This document shows, piece by piece, positions 18,952-26,935 of a DNA stretch of 64,000 nt (its first letter is position 1; every line of letters starts with the position of its first letter). The notes beneath the pieces are model-generated. The model searched no databases. It was not told where the DNA came from and was given only the letters and a program-made list of their open reading frames with translations. A program made the translations under genes and the position numbers. Origin of the DNA: an uncultured Thermoplasmatales archaeon (GTDB taxonomy: Archaea; Thermoplasmatota; Penumbrarchaeia; Penumbrarchaeales; Penumbrarchaeaceae); assembly GCA_964445525.1 (NCBI GenBank), contig CAYULA010000014.1:10492-74491 (forward strand). The letters run 5' to 3'.

Positions 18952-19197
18952 TTACTGATGACCATATATATGAATAATATTACTTCTTGAAAAACCACAG
19001 TAAGGGGAATCATTTATATTAAAACAAATGAAGAGTGCCTCCGAGATCATCGAAACTTCTCTCGGGGGATTGGTGATGATGAGGGCCCTCTCGTCCTTCT
19101 TGATCTTCATGACATCTTTCATGGCAACCCTGGCAGCCTTCATGAGGTCTTCGGAGAGGACCTCCGAAATGTTCTCTTCCACTCTTTTTCCCTCCAT
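18952..19197 (-). pseudogene. truncated duplicate of the M29 aminopeptidase 5' end
   Basis: The first ~55 aa (MEGKRVEENISEVLSEDLMKAARVAMKDVMKIKKDERALIITNPPREVSMISEALF) are near-identical to the N-terminus of the 16419..17549 product. The sequence then diverges and stops. Confidence 0.75.
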
Positions 19198-19240
19198 TTT
19201 CTTCCTTGCAAAGGAAAGAAAGGTTTTCCATTTTTTGCCT
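19029..19240. repeat. direct repeat copy B
   Basis: Paralogous to 17381..17602. The left ~50 bp are more diverged and there is a 6-bp indel near the right end. Confidence 0.85.
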
Positions 19241-19501
19241 GAGTGGGTGACATTAGATCTTCTGGATTATTTTGAACTGGAGAACATTTAACTGTAATTT
19301 TTCCAGGTTCCCTATGTCCGAAAAGATGAATCTTATATTACTTTGATTTAATAAAATGATTCTCTGAGAGGATATCCGAGTCTGTAGAATATGATATGTA
19401 AAGAAGTATGGGGATTTCCATATTTCAGATTATTTTTCATACTTATTTGGAAAAAAATGTGGTCCTCGATTTCCGGAAAATGTAGTCATGAAGGTAAAAT
19501 T

Positions 19502-19532
19502 AAAAAAAGGGGGCTGTGAAAACACAGCCCCC
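19502..19532 (-). terminator. hairpin + T-run terminator downstream of the 19559..20485 gene
   Basis: The 10-bp perfect stem gggggctgtg/cacagccccc has a 4-nt loop. On the minus strand it is followed by T7. Confidence 0.55.
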
Positions 19533-19558
19533 TGTGGTCCGGTGGAACCTCTACTTCA

Positions 19559-20485
19559 TCAGGCCCTCTTCCTCTTGACGAATCCAACCATCATAACTGC
19601 CATGATGGTGAGGGCCATTATCGCCAGAACCGGTTCATAGCCCGGTATGGAGAAACCTCGTTGACGTATATAGAGGGAATAATCCGCTATATCTGATATG
19701 TCACCCAGACTCTCGGCCTGTGCCGATACTATTCTGAGCCTTATGACATCCACCTTGTTCTTCCACACATTCCACTCAACTGGGGTTGTCACGGAAACCG
19801 TGAGTACCTTCTCCTGCTTCTCGGGAACGGAGAACTTGTCCTGTGAGAGCTGTATGGTCCAGCCCATGTCCGCCAGTTTATCGAGATTTGTGATCTCGAC
19901 CCTGAGCCTGTCTGCGGCATTGCCCTCGTTGATGAGCCTTATCTGGAATCCGAGAGAGGATCCGGGACCCACCTGCACGTAGGGCTTCTCGCATCCCACA
20001 GAGAACTGGTAGTACTGCTTTATCACAATGATGGCGGTAGCAGGATCAACGGTTCCCCCGAGTGATCCGGGGCTGTATCTCCATCTTCCGGACACCGACA
20101 GCTGTCCCTGTGTCTGCCTCGATGTCTCCACGGGGACCTGCACCGAAAGGGTGAAGCTCTGCTGCTTCTGAGCCTTGTTGAAGGTCAGGGAGGGAGGCAC
20201 GGACACTGGCCATCCGCCTGCATCGGCCTGTAGGGTGACCACCAGATACTGTATGTTGGGTGACCATGGAATCTGTGCGGATACGGTTCCGGTGAATGTG
20301 ACCACACCGTCCTGTCCCGGTGCCACGTAAGCTGTCTGTTTTGTCTGAGCGAGTTCGATCCTTATGGCAGGTGCACCTACTCCCTCTGCCACGTTTTCTT
20401 CCTTGGGAAGGTAAACGAACATTGATCCCATCATCAGGACCATTATCAGGAAGATGCTTACCCTGAAAGCCGATTTTCCGATCAT
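19559..20485 (-). CDS. membrane-anchored surface protein with two beta-sandwich (CARDB/NEW3-like) domains
   Basis: ATG at 20485 is preceded by GGAGGTGG. It has the signal/anchor FRVSIFLIMVLMMGSMFVYL and the C-terminal TM VLAIMALTIMAVMMVGFV followed by KRKRA. The ORF extends to 20602. Confidence 0.65.
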   Translation of the reverse strand: MIGKSAFRVSIFLIMVLMMGSMFVYLPKEENVAEGVGAPAIRIELAQTKQTAYVAPGQDGVVTFTGTVSAQIPWSPNIQYLVVTLQADAGGWPVSVPPSLTFNKAQKQQSFTLSVQVPVETSRQTQGQLSVSGRWRYSPGSLGGTVDPATAIIVIKQYYQFSVGCEKPYVQVGPGSSLGFQIRLINEGNAADRLRVEITNLDKLADMGWTIQLSQDKFSVPEKQEKVLTVSVTTPVEWNVWKNKVDVIRLRIVSAQAESLGDISDIADYSLYIRQRGFSIPGYEPVLAIMALTIMAVMMVGFVKRKRA

Positions 20486-20623
20486 TTGGTTCCACCTCCG
20501 TGAGGCCAGTTCATTCGGAGCCGAACCTGGCCCAACGGGCCTTATATTCCGTTCTGGGATATAAAAGGTAAGCTGAACTAAGATGACGCCGATATATAAC
20601 AATATCTGTTGATACCGTGAAAA

Positions 20624-21613
20624 TCAAGCCCTTCCCTTGTCCTGTGTCTTCCATGCCCTGGGGTAGGTGCCAGTATCCATCAGCACCCTGGAAGGGGAAG
20701 CTGCCTGACCCTTGCCGCCTTTGATCATTTTCGATGTATCCATATCCGCCTTTCCCAGGGCGGTCAGCTCTCCTTTCATTGTCAGTATCGACACGACCTC
20801 TCCCTGTCTGATCCCGTCCTCCACCCCCGCTAATCCCGGAACACCAACGGGAGCTCCGTGGCAGACAGCATCCACTGCGGAATCCTTAAGAACAATACTC
20901 CTGAGGTGTCCCACCATCTCCTCTGCGGGTTTGACCACCTTTCTTATCAGCTCCTCATCACCGCTTTTGAAAATCTCCCACGCATCCCTGAGTTCCTGCA
21001 ATGTGAAGCTGTCACCTTCCCTGATGCTTCCTGACCTTGTCCTTCTCAATTCCGTCATGTTTCCCCCCACCCCCATAACCTCTCCCATATCGTGAAGTAG
21101 AGTTCTGACGTATGTCCCGGATTCGCACCCGATAAGCACCAGGAAATCGTTTTCCTCCGCATCCAGGACCTTCATGTAATCAATTCTTCTGGTCCTCAAC
21201 CCCCTCTTCACCGCGGACCTAACGGGAACCATCTGATATATCTCACCCGTGAAATCGGATACCAGCCTTTTCAAATCCTCCGCGTTCACACGGGAGTGAA
21301 GGTGCAAAATCGCAATATACTCCTTTCCCCCGGCAAGGGTGGTGTCAAGCAGCTTGACCGTATCACCGAGTGCAACCGGGAGAACTCCCGTTGTGTTGGG
21401 GTCCAGTGTTCCGTGGTGTCCCGCTTTCTCTATGCCCAGTATCTCCTTGATCCAGGATACCACCTGATGGCTGGTGGGTCCTCTGGGTTTGTCAATTACA
21501 ACCATTCCCTTTCTCAAAAGATCGGGGACCTTCCTTTCCCAGGGATTTGTACCGAAGCGAGGCTCCCTTGCATCGAGTACATTCATCTTCTCCGATTCCA
21601 GCGGGAGCTTCAT
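20624..21613 (-). CDS. cbf5: tRNA/rRNA pseudouridine synthase Cbf5 (TruB family with PUA domain)
   Basis: VVIDKPRGPTSHQVVSWIK...GHHGTLDPNTTGVLPVALG carries the catalytic Asp motif. A C-terminal PUA-like region is present. Confidence 0.9.
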   Translation of the reverse strand: MKLPLESEKMNVLDAREPRFGTNPWERKVPDLLRKGMVVIDKPRGPTSHQVVSWIKEILGIEKAGHHGTLDPNTTGVLPVALGDTVKLLDTTLAGGKEYIAILHLHSRVNAEDLKRLVSDFTGEIYQMVPVRSAVKRGLRTRRIDYMKVLDAEENDFLVLIGCESGTYVRTLLHDMGEVMGVGGNMTELRRTRSGSIREGDSFTLQELRDAWEIFKSGDEELIRKVVKPAEEMVGHLRSIVLKDSAVDAVCHGAPVGVPGLAGVEDGIRQGEVVSILTMKGELTALGKADMDTSKMIKGGKGQAASPSRVLMDTGTYPRAWKTQDKGRA

Positions 21614-21652
21614 GATCCGTCCAAAGGTTATTTGCGTAATAAAATCATCTGT

Positions 21653-22126
21653 TCAGGAAAGATGCTTTTTCAGCTTTCTTATCATCAGATCGTTCTTTTC
21701 TCTTAGCTCCTCGAAAACAGGCAGGACCTCCTCCATCTTCCTGGAATGCTTGATTTTTTTCCTGAACTTCTTGTAATTTCCGGAAAATTTCAGGGGATCC
21801 TTCATGTATTCATTCCTGGCTTCCCTCAAAACCTTGTGGTTTGACCTCTCTATCAGTATATTGAACAATCCCATGATCTCGGAATAGGAATCCAGAGCTT
21901 CGACGACAGGACCCGAGTAACCCTTTTCCTCCTCGCCGGATAGAATTATCTCCCCGAATAATCCCGGAACGATCCTCTCCCCCAGACCCCTGAAACATCT
22001 CTCGTTGGATAGTTCGAATCCTCCGCCGCAACGGGAACAATGAACGATCACCTTTCCATCGGAGTATTCAATTTTTCCACTGCAGTTACCCTTGTCCTTG
22101 AACAAACGCGATCTGATATTCAACAA
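21653..22126 (-). CDS. hypothetical protein with N-terminal Cys cluster
   Basis: 157-aa ORF with a TTG start and no N-terminal ATG. It has GNCSG...VHCSRCGG...ERC, then a Lys-rich helical tail. It is the last gene of the KaiC-like operon. The start is uncertain. Confidence 0.4.
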   Translation of the reverse strand: MLNIRSRLFKDKGNCSGKIEYSDGKVIVHCSRCGGGFELSNERCFRGLGERIVPGLFGEIILSGEEEKGYSGPVVEALDSYSEIMGLFNILIERSNHKVLREARNEYMKDPLKFSGNYKKFRKKIKHSRKMEEVLPVFEELREKNDLMIRKLKKHLS

Positions 22127-22200
22127 GCACTCGTCCTCATGGACAAGTTTAAATTTTGCTATTTTAATATGATCCCGTTATCCTACTCGGCGGATAAATT

Positions 22201-24138
22201 CTACTCTTCTTCGAGGAGCTCGTCTATATTTCCCAGAGCCTCGTCGAGGATCTTTCTGTGATCTTTTTTCCCGATACCCAGATCCATACCCTCGGTGTCC
22301 GGATCGATCTCACTTCCGCCGGACACTGTCTTTTTCACCACTTTTTTCCTGATCGGCCGTACCCTTCTCCCGGGATCTGGACTTTTTCCGGATCCGGATC
22401 CTTCGATATCCACATCATCCCCGCCCTGGCCTTTAGGATGCTCCTTTATCTTCCGCTTCACCTTTCTCCTGACCCTGGGTGCCGGTTTTTCTTCCTCTTC
22501 TTCGATCTCTTCCAGCTCGGGAACTCTGGCAACCAGGTTGGTCTCGTGTCCGTTGTCATCGGGTTCGATGGCCCTTTCCGGTGGGGACTCCACTGTTTCC
22601 GGAGGAAGCGGAGCGATGTCAGGTCCGTCCGGAATGATCATGTTGTCCCTTATCTGGAAAGGGAGCGGGTTTGCATCGAAGTCCACTCCGGAAAGGGATC
22701 TGATAACCATCTCCCTGTGAAACCTGCCTTTCTCCATCTTCTTGTTGATTTCCAGCGTTCCGTCGAAGATCTCCATTATTCTCGATTCGAGCTCCTTTGA
22801 CAGCGAATCCTTCTCCAGAAGGAAGAGGGATGCCATCTCGTCATCCTTGAACTTGGCTCTGAGCCTCTGGATGAAATTATATACCTGGCTGAATTCGAAT
22901 ATGTTGGTGGCGGGACCTATTATGTGAACGATCCCCATCTTGTTTGTAGAGTACGTGAGCTCCCTCAGACCCTTGTTGATGGCTATGCCGAGGTTTGAGA
23001 GGATTTTTGAGGATTTCAGAGCGTGTCCGTCCCTCTCCACCCCGATTATCCTCTCACCCCTCCAGCTGAACCAGTCAACTATCCTGAACCTTCCGCTTTC
23101 CTCCAGTTCATCGGGATCGAGCCCGTTGGATTTGAGCAGCATCCTTATGGATCTCGGAGGTTCCTTGGATAGGACCATAAGGGCGGAGGATCCGTTGTTC
23201 AAACCCCGGTTCAAAAGACCGGATATGAACATGTCTCGCTCTATTCCCGATGGAGAGATCAGTAGGATGGAGGCTCCTTTCGGTATGCCCCCTCCCATCT
23301 TCTTGTCCAGAAGTTCCAGTCCTGTGGATACCTTCTTGTTCAAAGCCCCGTCGAGTATATCCTCGTAAAGATTGTATTTCGATAAAAGTTCGTCCTTTCC
23401 CTCAAAGTGGAACTGGAAAACACTGGATGCTTTTTTCACCGCTTCCTCCTTTCCCAGAAGGAAGGTTGAAAGACCCACCATGGAGTTGAAAAGAGCAGAA
23501 AGGGCGGTTCTGACATCACCGGGTGATGCCTTGGCCCACATCTCCTTGTCCAGTTTCAGGGAATTATCCCTTGTGAGCTCAACGAATTTCAGTAATTCGT
23601 ATTTCTCCCTCATTATTGAGAGCTTCAGCTTGAACGCTGAAAGATCGGTATGGGTTGACAGATCCTTCAAATATTCCTGGAAAACCTTGTGGAACAGATC
23701 GAGTATCTCCTCGTGATCGGAAGATCCTCCCTTCTTTTCCATTGCCTCAATCAGACTTGACCTGAAAGGCTCATGTATCTGTTCCAGAAGGTCCTGCCTG
23801 CCCCTCACATCATCCGATAGCCTGATCATCTCCTCTTTCATTGAGGAGGAGATTATATCCCTTGCAAGCTCCTCTCCTATCAAAGATGAGATGAAGTCCA
23901 GTGCCTTCCTGAGAAATGCGGAAAGTGCTTCAAGTGATTCAAGGGAATCGGAAAGATTGTTTACAACCTTGCCCTCGTCCGTGATTGTGAATTTGACTAG
24001 TTTTGGATTTTCCACCCTTGCCCTCTCGAGTATTATTCTGAAGGTTGAAACCTCCAGTCTGAACTGACCTATCTCCGGCGATGTCATCTTGCCGATGAAG
24101 CTCTCCAGGAGCTTTCCGTAGATCAGAACATCATTCAT
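22201..24138 (-). CDS. KaiC/RecA-superfamily (COG0467-like) protein with dead P-loop, long helical N-domain and charged disordered tail
   Basis: 645 aa. The central block LDKKMGGGIPKGASILLISPSGIERDMFISGLL...ALMVLSKEPP aligns to the KaiC-like fold, but Walker A is SPSGIERD with no Lys. The C-terminal ~130 aa are K/R/E/P-rich low complexity. Confidence 0.7.
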   Translation of the reverse strand: MNDVLIYGKLLESFIGKMTSPEIGQFRLEVSTFRIILERARVENPKLVKFTITDEGKVVNNLSDSLESLEALSAFLRKALDFISSLIGEELARDIISSSMKEEMIRLSDDVRGRQDLLEQIHEPFRSSLIEAMEKKGGSSDHEEILDLFHKVFQEYLKDLSTHTDLSAFKLKLSIMREKYELLKFVELTRDNSLKLDKEMWAKASPGDVRTALSALFNSMVGLSTFLLGKEEAVKKASSVFQFHFEGKDELLSKYNLYEDILDGALNKKVSTGLELLDKKMGGGIPKGASILLISPSGIERDMFISGLLNRGLNNGSSALMVLSKEPPRSIRMLLKSNGLDPDELEESGRFRIVDWFSWRGERIIGVERDGHALKSSKILSNLGIAINKGLRELTYSTNKMGIVHIIGPATNIFEFSQVYNFIQRLRAKFKDDEMASLFLLEKDSLSKELESRIMEIFDGTLEINKKMEKGRFHREMVIRSLSGVDFDANPLPFQIRDNMIIPDGPDIAPLPPETVESPPERAIEPDDNGHETNLVARVPELEEIEEEEEKPAPRVRRKVKRKIKEHPKGQGGDDVDIEGSGSGKSPDPGRRVRPIRKKVVKKTVSGGSEIDPDTEGMDLGIGKKDHRKILDEALGNIDELLEEE

Positions 24139-24151
24139 TTCGTCTCACCGA

Positions 24152-24874
24152 TCAACCTATGACCTCGTCAGGGGACACCTCTATTCCATTATCCATGATG
24201 AGGAAAGGGTGTTTAAGGGGATCATGTTTGGTGAACCTCATCTTCTTGACGGTCAGCGTTCTTCTGTATTCTCCTGCAGTTGACTCGTAATCCATCTTGA
24301 TGAGGGAATCGGCTATGAACTCCTCTATTCCATACCTGGAATCGTTACCTCCGGTCACCTCTGAGATGATCACGGAGGTGATTCCGGATTCTTTTAAAAA
24401 TCTTGAAAACTTGAAGAGCTCCCTTCTCATCAGCTCATTGGATTTGTAGTAGACGCCGACCGCAGTGACGGAATCCAGAACAAGCCTCTTGGCCCCGCTG
24501 AAGGTGATGTGATTCTTGAGGAAATCCTGCAGGGTCTCGAAGCTGGCAAGGCCCCATTCAAGTTCCTCGGAGGAAGAGCATTCTATTCTCATCTTTCCAA
24601 GATCGATAAGGTATGCCTTGCCCTCCTTTTCCAGGGACTCAAGATCCATTCCGTAGGATCTGGCCGCTCTCAGGATCGAATCCCTGCTTTCCTCCAGAGT
24701 GAGGTATATGCTGGGTTCATCTTCAATCAATGCACCGTTGTGGACGTAATGTATGCCGAATAGCGATTTGGCACTGCCCGGAGGTCCTGTGATGAGATTG
24801 ATTGTCCCGTCCGGGAAACCGGATCCGATCAATTCGTCCATGCCCGGTATGTGGGTGGCCTTTCTGTTATTCAT
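24152..24874 (-). CDS. KaiC-like (RAD55/COG0467) ATPase
   Basis: It has IPGMDELIGSGFPDGTINLITGPPGSAKSLFGIHYV (intact Walker A) and the Walker B LVLDSV. The likely start, MNNRKATH at 24874, lies 2 nt after the upstream stop. The ORF extends to 24904. Confidence 0.85.
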   Translation of the reverse strand: MNNRKATHIPGMDELIGSGFPDGTINLITGPPGSAKSLFGIHYVHNGALIEDEPSIYLTLEESRDSILRAARSYGMDLESLEKEGKAYLIDLGKMRIECSSSEELEWGLASFETLQDFLKNHITFSGAKRLVLDSVTAVGVYYKSNELMRRELFKFSRFLKESGITSVIISEVTGGNDSRYGIEEFIADSLIKMDYESTAGEYRRTLTVKKMRFTKHDPLKHPFLIMDNGIEVSPDEVIG

Positions 24875-25172
24875 TCTCTGTTTCCTCCTTGTAGTGATCT
24901 TCAATGATCTCCCCGTAGACAGATCTTATTTCCTCCGTCTTTCCGCTGCCGATGAGGAGAGAGGCTTCCTCGAGTATGGAATCGGATACCATCAAGGCGG
25001 AATCCTCTGTCAATACACTGCTTCCCTGGGATATTTTCTCGTACTGCCTTTGAACGATAAATCTTGAAAGAACCCCGATGTAAGCGGAAAGGACCTTCTC
25101 GAAATCCTTCAAGATGGGATGGGGAATTCTGTCGATCTCTCCCGAGTTGATCTCCTGGGCGACAATGCTCAT
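24867..25172 (-). CDS. hypothetical 101-aa protein
   Basis: The ORF shares an ATGA overlap with the upstream wHTH gene (25169-25172) and abuts the KaiC-like gene. No family recognised. Confidence 0.5.
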   Translation of the reverse strand: MSIVAQEINSGEIDRIPHPILKDFEKVLSAYIGVLSRFIVQRQYEKISQGSSVLTEDSALMVSDSILEEASLLIGSGKTEEIRSVYGEIIEDHYKEETENE

Positions 25173-25654
25173 TCCTCGATCACCTCACCAACACTTTCCA
25201 ACAGAACATCCACTTTCTCCTCCAGGAGTGATTTCTTGGCGCATAATCTCAAAAGATTGGATGCCATTGCATCTCCTCCGACCCTTTTCAATGAACTGTA
25301 GAGGCAGATCAATTCGTTGAAGGGATTGCCGTTGGTCTCAATGTCGTTCAAAAGAGTTGTCCGGCCCAGTATCATCGAGGCCATCTCCCTGAGCTCAATG
25401 TTGATGTCTTTGAGATACCTTTCCTCGATGTTCTTATCCATCTTGAGCTTGTACTGTCCCCAGCCGACCCTCTCCACCAATCCCTCGGATCTGAGTCTGC
25501 TGACGATGGATGTAACGAGCTGAAGGTCCATGTCCAGTTCGGTGGATATTTCCTTGGGGGAGATGAGGTCGAGCGGCCTTTCGGTGAAGATGGAGGCGAT
25601 CCTGTCCGTTTTGGACTCCTTCATCCTTCCCCTTTTCGGCCTTTTCATATACAT
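25169..25654 (-). CDS. winged-helix (MarR/TrmB-like) DNA-binding protein with uncharacterised C-domain
   Basis: ISPKEISTELDMDLQLVTSIVSRLRSEGLVERVGWGQYKL is a typical wHTH. The start is ambiguous: the ORF extends to 25729, with internal ATGs at 25654 and 25648. Confidence 0.6.
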   Translation of the reverse strand: MYMKRPKRGRMKESKTDRIASIFTERPLDLISPKEISTELDMDLQLVTSIVSRLRSEGLVERVGWGQYKLKMDKNIEERYLKDINIELREMASMILGRTTLLNDIETNGNPFNELICLYSSLKRVGGDAMASNLLRLCAKKSLLEEKVDVLLESVGEVIEE

Positions 25655-25789
25655 ACCCCGACCCTGAGAAATGCTGATAATTCGAACAGCCCGGGCAACC
25701 ATATATAACAGTTTTGTGATATTTCTCAAGGAGCAACTTTAACCGACCGCATACGTTAAAACCGATCATATTATTCCAAGGGAGTTCCC

Positions 25790-26935
25790 ATGGAAGAAGA
25801 AGGCAGGTCTGAAGCCGAGGTCCTGGAAATGGTCGAGGAACTCAAGGAGAAGGATATCTCCTTCGGGTCAGGAAGGATCTTCGGATCAATGTGCACCACT
25901 CCCCATCCTCTGGCAGTCAGGATAAATGCGCGGATGTCCGAGGCGAATCTGGGTAACCCGGGTTTATATCCCGGAACACTGGAAATGGAGAGGCAGGTTA
26001 TTGGGAATCTTGGTTCCATATTGCATCTGGACAGGCCGTTCGGACATGTTCTATCCGGCGGAACCGAGGCCAATATCACGGCACTATACAGAGCAAAGAG
26101 AATGACCGGTAAGAGGAAGGTGATCTTTCCAAGGTCCGCCCATTTCTCGGTCCTGAAAGCTGTAAAACTGCTAGACCTGAAGCCTGTTCCCATCGAACTG
26201 AATGATCATTTCTCCATATCACTGGATCACCTGGAGGACTCCCTTGATGAGGAGGTTGCCTGTGTTTTTACCGTGGCGGGAACCACCGAGCTGGGCGCTG
26301 TGGATAGAATCAAAAGGGTGTCCGAGATAGTCGGGAATGTTCCGCTGCATGTGGATGCCGCCTTCGGGGGCTTCGTCCTCCCCTTTCTGGAAGAAATGGA
26401 TATGATAGAAGATGACCTCAGGAGATGGGATTTCAGGGTGGACGGGGTTACCACCTTATCCGTGGACCCGCACAAAATGGGAGGTTCCACAATTCCCGCC
26501 GGATGTTTGCTTTTCAGAGAGGAATACCCATTGAAGTATCTGGCCGTGAGCTCTCCATATCTTACCAATACCAAAGCATACACACTTGCGGGTACGAGGG
26601 ATTCCGGAGCTGTTTGCGGTGCTTTCGCCGTAATGGAGCTTCTGGGTAGAAAGGGTTACAGGGAACGGGTCAGAAGCTGTATGGACAATACATTTTACCT
26701 GAAAACAGGTCTCGAGAAACTGGGGTTGGAACCCGTGATGGATCCTGTAATGAACATAGTTGCAGTCCACCATTGTGATCCTGATAACGTCCAGAGTTTG
26801 ATGGAGGAGGAAGGATATTACCTCTCGAGGGTCAAACAGCCATCAGCATTGAGATTTGTTGTAATGCCCCATGTTAACAAGAAATCCATAGATAATATGC
26901 TCCCCGTTCTGGATAAAGTCTTAAAAAGGGCTTGA
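25790..26935 (+). CDS. mfnA: PLP-dependent L-tyrosine/L-aspartate decarboxylase MfnA
   Basis: 381 aa, a group II decarboxylase with the PLP-Lys motif SVDPHKMG and GGTEANI. AAGGGAG precedes the ATG. Confidence 0.9.
   Translation: MEEEGRSEAEVLEMVEELKEKDISFGSGRIFGSMCTTPHPLAVRINARMSEANLGNPGLYPGTLEMERQVIGNLGSILHLDRPFGHVLSGGTEANITALYRAKRMTGKRKVIFPRSAHFSVLKAVKLLDLKPVPIELNDHFSISLDHLEDSLDEEVACVFTVAGTTELGAVDRIKRVSEIVGNVPLHVDAAFGGFVLPFLEEMDMIEDDLRRWDFRVDGVTTLSVDPHKMGGSTIPAGCLLFREEYPLKYLAVSSPYLTNTKAYTLAGTRDSGAVCGAFAVMELLGRKGYRERVRSCMDNTFYLKTGLEKLGLEPVMDPVMNIVAVHHCDPDNVQSLMEEEGYYLSRVKQPSALRFVVMPHVNKKSIDNMLPVLDKVLKRA

Noticed and set aside
18952-19197. Treating the 81-aa ORF as a functional small gene
   Set aside because: It is a 5' duplicate of the aminopeptidase gene that loses similarity after ~55 codons and terminates. 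It is called a pseudogene.
18913-19558. Search for tRNA, CRISPR repeats or C/D-box sRNA in the largest non-coding stretch (also checked 956-1096, 16330-16419, 41663-41864, 49890-50100, 60042-60203)
   Set aside because: I saw no cloverleaf-compatible sequence, no regularly spaced repeats and no RUGAUGA...CUGA box pairs. Only promoter-like AT-rich sequence and hairpin terminators are present.
25771-26193. 140-aa minus-strand ORF overlapping the mfnA start
   Set aside because: It is antisense to a well-supported PLP decarboxylase gene and has no recognisable features.
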